NCBI GenBank assembly: GCA_019113265.1
Contig: DXHT01000001.1
Location: 1,375-65,374 of the forward strand
Source of the DNA: Bacillota bacterium
GTDB taxonomy: Bacteria; Bacillota; Clostridia; Christensenellales; Pumilibacteraceae
Length of the DNA stretch: 64,000 nt
Direction of reading: 5' to 3'
How positions within the stretch are numbered: position 1 is the first letter of the stretch; the number at the start of each line of letters is the position of its first letter. The notes beneath the pieces were generated by a model. That model was not told the origin of the DNA, did no database searches, and saw only the letters and a list, made by a program, of their open reading frames with translations. Shown here in pieces: positions 57,249-64,000 of this stretch. The position numbers and the translations under genes are program-made.

Positions 57249-57509
57249 ATGGAATGTATGCGTAAACGACTTAAAAATTACACTGCCCAAGAGGCGGGCG
57301 AGAAGCGCGCCGAGGAGCTGATGGAAAAGTACGGTAGCATGAGCGAGGACGCGCTTTACTCCAAACTCATGCAGGAAGTCGCTTCGGCAAAGTCCAACGG
57401 GACGTTTTCCGCTACTCGTCTTGCCGCGGACATAGATCGTATGCGCCCGTATCTGACGCACGAGCAGGTGGAAAAGCTCAATCATCTGCTTCGCATCATA
57501 GGCAGCTGA
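57249..57509 (+). CDS. small hypothetical protein (86 aa) immediately upstream of the S8 peptidase
   Basis: ORF ends 3 nt before the peptidase start. Weak SD. Helical, charged sequence. Confidence 0.35.
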   Translation: MECMRKRLKNYTAQEAGEKRAEELMEKYGSMSEDALYSKLMQEVASAKSNGTFSATRLAADIDRMRPYLTHEQVEKLNHLLRIIGS

Positions 57510-57512
57510 CAT

Positions 57513-58559
57513 ATGGACAGCTACATAGTCGCGTTGGGCGACATGAGTGCGGGAGTTCGTGCGCTTGCCGGAAGGCTGCGACTCACGTATATATTTCCGT
57601 TTGTCTCGCGGGCGGTGTTCGAGGGCGACGCGTCCGAGCTGGGCGGGTACGCCGCGTCCGCAGTCCGTGTGACCAAAGTATCGGCGGTCTTAGACAGGGC
57701 GCGAGGCGCGGTGCGCTGTCCCGATCGCCCCATAGAGCCGTACGCGGGCGCGGGAGTGACGGTCGCCGTCATAGATACGGGCATAGAACCGCATATAGAC
57801 TTTTTAGTGCCTAACAGGCTGAAAGCGTTCGCGGACGTTATCGGCGGCAAGGAGCAGCCTTACGACGACAACGGGCACGGTACGGCGGTCGCGGGCGCAC
57901 TTGCGGGCAACGGCTTACTTTCGGGCGGGAAGTACTGCGGCATAGCGTCGGGTGCGGATATAGTCGCCGTAAAGGCGCTTAGCCGCGACGGAGAGGGAAG
58001 TACCGCGGACATATTGCAGGCAATGCAATGGGTGTGGGACAATGCCGCAAGGCTCAAAATAAAAGTGGTCTGTATGTCGTTCGGCGCGCCGCCCAAAAAG
58101 CGCGGCGATCCTCTTGCCGCAGGTGTGCGCGCCCTTCACTCGATAGGTCTCACCGTCGTCGTCAGCGCGGGCAACGGAGGTCCGGGGTCGGGGACGATAA
58201 TGTCACCGGGAATAAGTCCGTACGCCATCACCGTAGGCGGCGCGGATACGAACGGCGACGCGCCTTCCGTTTCGGAATTTTCGTCCAGAGGGCCCTGTAA
58301 CGGGCTTGCAAAGCCCGATTTGCTTGCCCCTGCGGAAGATATCGTCTGCGCATACAAGCGCTCCTACGCGGCGTTTACGGGCACATCCATAGCCGCTCCC
58401 ATAGTGGCGGGAGCGTGCGCGCGCCTTATTTCCGATCACCCGACTTTTACTCCCGACAGGGTAAAGGAAGAGCTGAAAAAGCACGCCGCGCATATGCCGG
58501 GGAGCATAGACAATGTAGGTTCGGGACTGCTCGGCATAGTCCCGCCCGAGTCGCCGTAA
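57513..58559 (+). CDS. S8 (subtilisin-like) serine peptidase without obvious signal peptide
   Basis: 348 aa. Catalytic triad contexts VAVIDTG (Asp), DNGHGTAVAG (His), GTSIAAPIVAG (Ser). Confidence 0.85.
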   Translation: MDSYIVALGDMSAGVRALAGRLRLTYIFPFVSRAVFEGDASELGGYAASAVRVTKVSAVLDRARGAVRCPDRPIEPYAGAGVTVAVIDTGIEPHIDFLVPNRLKAFADVIGGKEQPYDDNGHGTAVAGALAGNGLLSGGKYCGIASGADIVAVKALSRDGEGSTADILQAMQWVWDNAARLKIKVVCMSFGAPPKKRGDPLAAGVRALHSIGLTVVVSAGNGGPGSGTIMSPGISPYAITVGGADTNGDAPSVSEFSSRGPCNGLAKPDLLAPAEDIVCAYKRSYAAFTGTSIAAPIVAGACARLISDHPTFTPDRVKEELKKHAAHMPGSIDNVGSGLLGIVPPESP

Positions 58560-58683
58560 GACAAGACCTCGCGTCAAACGTGTCGGGCTTAAAGCTGTTT
58601 TGCGTTATGCCATGGCCGCGTACGGTGTTATGCGATGACCCGCGCATCAGCGGTGCGCGGGTCATCCGTATGTCCTTAGGCGA

Positions 58684-59805
58684 TCATCTCGCTATTTCGG
58701 ACACCGCCTGCAAGAAGAAGTTTATCTCGTCGGCGGTGTTTTCTATTCCGACTGCGGCGCGCACCATGCCGTCTTTAAGCGTGCCGTAGTGCTTGTGTGC
58801 GAGGGGAGCGCAGTGCAGACCCGTGCGCACGCAGATGTCGTATTCGTCGGCGAGGATGTTTCCCGCTTCCGCGCTCGTCATTCCGCGCACGGTAAACGCT
58901 ATTATCGGTCCGCCGTATTCCTTGCGCGTATAAAGCCGAACGCCGCTTATCTTGGATAGTTCGCCCATAGTGTAATAGAACAGACCGTTGAGACGCTTGC
59001 GGTTTTCTTCGCCGTTCTCTGCGGTATACTTCAATGCGGCGTTCAGTCCCGCGATGGCGGGGGTAGGGAGCGTACCGCTTTCGAGAGCTTCGGGCGGTTC
59101 GGTGGGTTGCGGTTTCGCGCTTTCGGTACCCGTACCGCCGTACCTGAACGGTCTGACCGTCGCTTTTCTTATGAGGAGCATGCCGACGCCCTGCGGAGCG
59201 TGCAGACCTTTGTGCGGCGCGACGGCAAGAAGGTTTATCTTGTCGCGCTCCATATTGACGCTCGTGTATACTATGCTCTGCGCGCCGTCCACGAGAAACA
59301 GAAGTCCGTATTTTTCCGCGAGGTACCCTATATCCGCGATCGGTTGCGGCGCTCCCGTGACGTTGCTTATGTGGTTGACTATTATCATATAGGTGTTCGG
59401 ACGCAACGCGGAAGCTATCTGCTCTGCGGAAACGAAACCGCCGACAAGTGGAGAGAGCGCGGTATAGTCCGCTATGCCGAGTTCTTTCAGCCGCATAAGC
59501 GGCCTTAAAACGCTGTTGTGTTCGAGCACGGTAGTGACGATATGTCCGCCTTTTTTCGCCGTGCCGAATATGGCGGTATTGAGAGCGTCCGTGCAGTTAA
59601 GCGTAAACACTACTTTGTCAGGCGTAGTACCGAACATTCTGGCGGCTGATTCGCGCGTATCCTCTATCATCATGCCCGCTTTGACCGCGAGTGAGTGCGA
59701 CGACCTGCCAGGGTTCGCGGAAAGGTATTTCAGCGCCGTGCCGACGGCGTTTATTACGGACGTAGGTTTGAAATAGGTTGTAGCGGCATTGTCGAGATAA
59801 ATCAT
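58684..59805 (-). CDS. class V aminotransferase-fold PLP enzyme (cysteine desulfurase family)
   Basis: 373 aa. MIYLDNAATT start and the SxHK-like region (APHKGLHAPQG), typical of NifS/CsdA-like enzymes. Confidence 0.85.
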   Translation of the reverse strand: MIYLDNAATTYFKPTSVINAVGTALKYLSANPGRSSHSLAVKAGMMIEDTRESAARMFGTTPDKVVFTLNCTDALNTAIFGTAKKGGHIVTTVLEHNSVLRPLMRLKELGIADYTALSPLVGGFVSAEQIASALRPNTYMIIVNHISNVTGAPQPIADIGYLAEKYGLLFLVDGAQSIVYTSVNMERDKINLLAVAPHKGLHAPQGVGMLLIRKATVRPFRYGGTGTESAKPQPTEPPEALESGTLPTPAIAGLNAALKYTAENGEENRKRLNGLFYYTMGELSKISGVRLYTRKEYGGPIIAFTVRGMTSAEAGNILADEYDICVRTGLHCAPLAHKHYGTLKDGMVRAAVGIENTADEINFFLQAVSEIAR

Positions 59806-59898
59806 TTACCATCCTCCGCGCGGCTTGCATATAATGTAACAGCCGCCGTTTAAGTCTATGAACGGCGAACGCCAAAGAGAACACCCAGCGGAGGGGAT

Positions 59899-60141
59899 AT
59901 GGAAATACTTCTGATATTCGGCGCCCGTTCGCAGGCGCTGCGTTGTGCCAATATGCTGCGTGCGTCCGCATACCGCGCGGCGATAGTATCCGCGCCCGCT
60001 TTCGCGTCGGGAGGCAGTTGCAGCCTTGCCGTATCGACGGACGGCGCGGGTTATTCTTTTTTTCGGCAGTCTGCGGGAGCGTATTCGTCGCTTAAAGGCG
60101 CGTATATGCAGAGCGGGGGAAAGTATACCCGAATATTTTGA
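59899..60141 (+). CDS. DUF3343-like small protein (putative S/Se carrier-like)
   Basis: 80 aa after GGAGGGG. Pattern ILLIF.....A.....L.......IV.AP......SCSLAV resembles DUF3343. Divergent from the desulfurase-like gene. Confidence 0.5.
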   Translation: MEILLIFGARSQALRCANMLRASAYRAAIVSAPAFASGGSCSLAVSTDGAGYSFFRQSAGAYSSLKGAYMQSGGKYTRIF

Positions 60142-60206
60142 ATACGCTTTACAAAGTGCGCGCGCATGTGGTATAATTTACGAACGAAAGACAAGGCGGT
60201 GAAGGT

Positions 60207-60836
60207 ATGTGCGAACGCGCCGACAATATCATGAAATTGCTCGAAGAGGCGCACCCCGACGCGCATTGCGAACTGAATTACGGTTCGGATTTTCAGCTGC
60301 TCGTCGCGGTCATACTGTCCGCTCAGTGCACGGATAAGCGTGTGAATCTCGTTACGGCGGAACTGTTCATGCATTACCGCGAGCCCGTCGATTTTGCGAC
60401 CGTGCCGCAGGAAAAGCTTGAAGAACTGATCAGACCGTGCGGTTTTTTCCGCTCCAAGGCGCGTAGCATAATATCCTCGGGAGCGGACATTATAGAGCGA
60501 TTCGGCGGGAAAGTACCGCGCACCATGGAAGAGTTGCTTTCTCTGCGCGGAGTGGGGAGAAAGACGGCTAACGTCATGCTCGGAGTCGCTTTCGGCGAAT
60601 CCGCGATAGCCGTGGACACGCACGTGTTTCGCCTTGCCCACAGACTGGGACTTTCGGACAAGCCGACGCCCGAGGGCGTGGAAAAGGATCTTGTCGGCGA
60701 GATAAGCGAGGAAATGCGGGCAAAAGCACACCATTTGCTTATTTTTCACGGGAGGTATGTCTGTCATAGCAGGAACCCCGAGTGCGATAAGTGCAACGTG
60801 ACGGAATATTGTAACTACATAAGGGAGAAGGGATAA
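60207..60836 (+). CDS. nth: endonuclease III
   Basis: 209 aa. HhH-GPD motif (LRGVGRKTANVML, catalytic-Asp context AVDTHV). C-terminal C-x6-C-x2-C-x5-C iron-sulfur cluster loop. Confidence 0.9.
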   Translation: MCERADNIMKLLEEAHPDAHCELNYGSDFQLLVAVILSAQCTDKRVNLVTAELFMHYREPVDFATVPQEKLEELIRPCGFFRSKARSIISSGADIIERFGGKVPRTMEELLSLRGVGRKTANVMLGVAFGESAIAVDTHVFRLAHRLGLSDKPTPEGVEKDLVGEISEEMRAKAHHLLIFHGRYVCHSRNPECDKCNVTEYCNYIREKG

Positions 60837-62095
60837 TGTTTGCAGATACAGCTAAGATATATATAAAGGCGGGCAACGGCGGGAACGGCTGTACGTCGTT
60901 TTACACTGAAAAATACGTCAACAACGGCGGGCCGGACGGCGGCAACGGCGGCGAGGGCGGTAAAATAGCTTTTCGCGCAGTGTCCAACAAAAATACGCTT
61001 GCGGACTTCAAGTTCGCGCGGCACTTTCGCGCGGAAAACGGCGAGAACGGAAAGTCGCGTTACAGCGCGGGCAAAAAGGGCAAGGATCTTATAATAGACG
61101 TACCCGTCGGTACCGTGGTAAAGGACGCCGAAACGGGCGGCATAATAGCGGATATGTTCTCGGAGGGCGAAGTGATATACGTAGCCGAGGGCGGCAGAGG
61201 CGGCAAGGGAAACGCGTTTTTCCGTAACTCGCGTCGTCAGGCTCCGCACTTTTCGCAGGCGGGAGAGCAGACGCAGGAACACACCGTTCTTCTCGAACTC
61301 AAAACGATAGCGGACGTCGGACTGATAGGTTATCCCAATGTCGGAAAGTCCACCATACTTTCGGTGATATCCTCAGCGCGTCCGAAAATAGCCAACTATC
61401 ATTTCACGACGCTTTCGCCCAACCTCGGCACGGTGAGCGTATACGACGAGATGTTTTCGGTTGCGGACATTCCCGGGCTTATTGACGGCGCGGCGGAAGG
61501 CGCGGGGCTCGGTCATGACTTTTTGCGGCATATAGAGCGCACACGTCTGCTCGTGCACGTCATTGACGGTAGCGGCAGCGAGGGCAGAGATCCCGTGGAA
61601 GACTACAAAGCGATATGCCGCGAGCTTGCCGATTACAGCGAGTCGCTTGCCGAAAAGCCGCAGATAGTGGTCATAAACAAAGCGGATATGATGACGGATT
61701 TTTCCGTTTGCGATAAAATAGAGGAGCTTTCGGGCAGTAAACCTCTACTTCTCAGCGCGGTAGTACACAGCGGCGTTGATGAGCTTATAAAGAGGATGTA
61801 TAACGAGCTTAAACAATTGCCTCCGCCCAAGCCTCTCGAATACGAGCCATTCGTATACGAGAAGCCCGACAAGACGAGTTTCGACGTCGTAAAGACGGGC
61901 GACGGGGAGTTCGAGGTATTCGGCGGGCTTATAGACGAACTGAGCCGCGGCGTGGTGCTGGACAGTTACGACAGCATGCAGTACTTCCAGCGTCAGTTGC
62001 GCGAGCGCGGCATAGACAAAGCGCTTAAAAAAGCGGGCGTAAAGACGGGGGACACCGTCAGAATGCTCGATGTGGAGTTTGAATACGTTGAGTGA
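60836..62095 (+). CDS. obg: GTPase Obg
   Basis: 419 aa. Glycine-rich Obg fold (GNGGNG, GGPDGGNGGEGG), G domain (GYPNVGKST, DIPG, NKAD), C-terminal OCT domain. Confidence 0.95.
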   Translation: MFADTAKIYIKAGNGGNGCTSFYTEKYVNNGGPDGGNGGEGGKIAFRAVSNKNTLADFKFARHFRAENGENGKSRYSAGKKGKDLIIDVPVGTVVKDAETGGIIADMFSEGEVIYVAEGGRGGKGNAFFRNSRRQAPHFSQAGEQTQEHTVLLELKTIADVGLIGYPNVGKSTILSVISSARPKIANYHFTTLSPNLGTVSVYDEMFSVADIPGLIDGAAEGAGLGHDFLRHIERTRLLVHVIDGSGSEGRDPVEDYKAICRELADYSESLAEKPQIVVINKADMMTDFSVCDKIEELSGSKPLLLSAVVHSGVDELIKRMYNELKQLPPPKPLEYEPFVYEKPDKTSFDVVKTGDGEFEVFGGLIDELSRGVVLDSYDSMQYFQRQLRERGIDKALKKAGVKTGDTVRMLDVEFEYVE

Positions 62096-63218
62096 CGATA
62101 TAGTTATCTACGGCGGGACTTTCGACCCGCCCACAAAGGCGCACGCCATGCTGCTGCGCGGTCTTGCGGAGCGATTCAAGGGAGTGTACGTCGTACCTTG
62201 CAAGATCTCTCCGTTCAAGACGGAGGCGGGCGCGTCCGCAGCCGACAGGTTGCAAATGTTGCGTTATATAACGGAGGGCATGGCGGGCGTACATATAGAC
62301 ACGTTCGAGCTTGACCGCGAAGGGCGCGACTATACCTATATAACCTTACAGCACTTTTCAGAGGAGTTCCCGGGCAAGAAACTCTACCTTTGCATGGGGA
62401 GCGAAATGCTCATAGAGCTGGAAAGGTGGAAGCGCACCGATCTCATGGCGAAGGCGGCGACGCTGTACATTGTACCCCGTCCGCACTTTCCCATAACCGA
62501 AGAGCTGCTCGGTAAAGCGTCGTCTCTCGGCTTTTCGTATAAAGTCGCGGACTTTGACGGAGAGGAAGGCTCGTCGTCCGAGGTGCGCATATCCGTAGCC
62601 ATGGGGCGGCCCGAAATGTTCCTTACCGAAAAGGTAGCCGATTATGTGGAGAAACGCGGGCTTTACAGGGAATACTGCTATGTGCGCGATCTTTATAAGC
62701 GTTTCGGCATGAAGCAGTCGCGCATAGATCACTCTTTTTCCACGGCTTTATGCGGAGTGGCGCTGGCTAAGCGCGTATGCGTCGATCCGCACCGCGCGGC
62801 TACCGCACTGCTTTTGCACGACATAGGAAAGTACGTTACAAAAGAGGATGCGGAAAAGATGGGCGTTCGCTTTGACGGCAGGATAGACGGTATGCCCCTT
62901 CCGATAAGGCACGCGGAGATAGGCGCGGAGATAATGCGACAGCTTCTGGGGATAAAGGACGAAGAGGTGATAGAGGCGGTAAGGTGGCACACGACGGGCA
63001 AGCCGAACATGACGCCCATGGAAAAAGTGGTGTACCTTGCGGACTATATAGAACCCTTGCGCGATTTTCCCGGAGTGGACAAGCTCAGAAAGGCGACCGA
63101 AAAGAGCATAGACGAAGGACTGCTTGCGGCTCTCGAAAACTCCGTAAAGCACGTCGGAAAGGACGAGCTTTACCCTGCGACGCTTCAAGCATACGAGTAC
63201 TATAAGGAGAAGAAATGA
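62070..63218 (+). CDS. nadD: fused nicotinate-nucleotide adenylyltransferase (NadD-like) / YqeK-type HD hydrolase
   Basis: 382 aa in one frame. N-terminal GGTFDPPTKAH and GSSSEVR nucleotidyltransferase motifs. C-terminal H...LLHDIGK...H...YLAD HD domain. The start is uncertain because of a 26-nt overlap with obg. Confidence 0.8.
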   Translation: MWSLNTLSDDIVIYGGTFDPPTKAHAMLLRGLAERFKGVYVVPCKISPFKTEAGASAADRLQMLRYITEGMAGVHIDTFELDREGRDYTYITLQHFSEEFPGKKLYLCMGSEMLIELERWKRTDLMAKAATLYIVPRPHFPITEELLGKASSLGFSYKVADFDGEEGSSSEVRISVAMGRPEMFLTEKVADYVEKRGLYREYCYVRDLYKRFGMKQSRIDHSFSTALCGVALAKRVCVDPHRAATALLLHDIGKYVTKEDAEKMGVRFDGRIDGMPLPIRHAEIGAEIMRQLLGIKDEEVIEAVRWHTTGKPNMTPMEKVVYLADYIEPLRDFPGVDKLRKATEKSIDEGLLAALENSVKHVGKDELYPATLQAYEYYKEKK

Positions 63219-63589
63219 AAACGATGAATAAGGAGCAGGCTCACGAGCTTGCGTATAAAATAGCGGAGATACTCGACTCGAAAAAGGGCATGGACATAGT
63301 GATAATAGACATATCCGCCAAGTCCGTGCTTGCCGATTACTTCGTCATAGCGAGCGGTCGATCTACTACGGCGGTAAAGTCCCTCTGCGACAACGTGGAG
63401 GAGAAGCTGTCCGAAGAGGGCATAGAACCTGCGCGCCGCGACGGAATGAACGAGAGCAAATGGATAGTCATGGACTACGGAAGTGTCATACTCCATGTGT
63501 TCCACGCGGAAACGCGCGAATACTATCGTCTCGAACGTCTTTGGGCGGACGAAGCTAACTGCGAATATTACGGTGAAGGAGGAAAATAA
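63215..63589 (+). CDS. rsfS: ribosome silencing factor RsfS
   Basis: 124 aa. DYFVIASG.S....K......E and WIVMDYG.VILHVF motifs. Confidence 0.9.
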   Translation: MKTMNKEQAHELAYKIAEILDSKKGMDIVIIDISAKSVLADYFVIASGRSTTAVKSLCDNVEEKLSEEGIEPARRDGMNESKWIVMDYGSVILHVFHAETREYYRLERLWADEANCEYYGEGGK

Positions 63590-64000
63590 TGGGCTGGGAA
63601 GTAGAATTTCTGCACGCTCTGCAAACGACGCGTAACGGCTTCACGGACACCATCTGGAAAGGGGTGACCATGCTCGGCGAGGAGATATTCGTGATCGCCG
63701 TGATAATGTTCGTGTATTGGTGCATCGATAAGCGAAAGGGCTTTAAGATGATGAACGTGTACTTTGTCAGCGCGGCGATAGTCGCGGGGGTAAAGGCGCT
63801 TGTCGGGCGAGTCCGTCCGTTCAATCACGCTCCCGACAAAGTGGTGTCCGTGGGCGAAGAGAGCACCGATTACTGTTTTCCGAGCGGGCACACGAACAGT
63901 GCTACGACGCTTGTTTCGCTCGTCGTGCGCGAGTTCCCCAAGGCGAGAAAGGTGACATTGCCCGTCGGGATAGTGGTAGTACTTCTCGTCATGTTTTCGC
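63589..64000 (+). CDS. PAP2 family phosphatase, 5' part (runs off the window)
   Basis: Not in the ORF track because no stop is reached. ATG at 63589 overlaps the rsfS stop (TAATG). Open to 64000. KALVGRVRP and FPSGHTN acid-phosphatase motifs. Confidence 0.7.
   Translation, partial: MGWEVEFLHALQTTRNGFTDTIWKGVTMLGEEIFVIAVIMFVYWCIDKRKGFKMMNVYFVSAAIVAGVKALVGRVRPFNHAPDKVVSVGEESTDYCFPSGHTNSATTLVSLVVREFPKARKVTLPVGIVVVLLVMFS

Overview
GC-rich chromosomal segment that looks like a sporulating Firmicutes/Clostridia genome (one hand-counted flank line is 34/60 G+C). Almost all genes are on the + strand. Most of the window is conserved housekeeping: acnX-like pair, rnj, trmR-like plus U32/trhP-like, plsC-plsX, a MarR plus heterodimeric ABC exporter, yqfC-yqfD-phoH-pgpH-ybeY-era-recO, ppdK, dgt-dnaG-rpoD-trmK-nif3, galU, tyrS, ilvE, metY-like, and nth-obg-nadD/yqeK-rsfS. 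Three regions are accessory. (1) A LytTR two-component system lies next to a 2214-aa membrane-threaded, domain-permuted GH3 glycosidase with recently duplicated C-terminal modules. (2) A decay zone at 40.6-41.9 kb holds a degenerate amidohydrolase-like gene, a GH3 tail remnant, and a G11 tract inside a promoter spacer. (3) The most interesting region is an AT-rich ~4.1-kb insertion (42427-46499; one counted line is 16/60 G+C) directly 3' of a tRNA-Leu gene. It is bracketed by a 76-nt perfect direct repeat and by tRNA-3'-end-derived repeats. It encodes only a compact HUH/two-tyrosine Rep-like protein, a GC-rich dyad-symmetric ori-like block, and an orphan ~1016-aa protein. That protein has an intact calcineurin-type metallophosphoesterase core flanked by pentapeptide-like repeats and large unassignable regions. 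No integrase, capsid or partner gene is present. I regard this Rep plus orphan phosphoesterase cassette as the best candidate for an undescribed mobile defence or counter-defence module. All functional calls come from motif recognition by eye; no database search was run.
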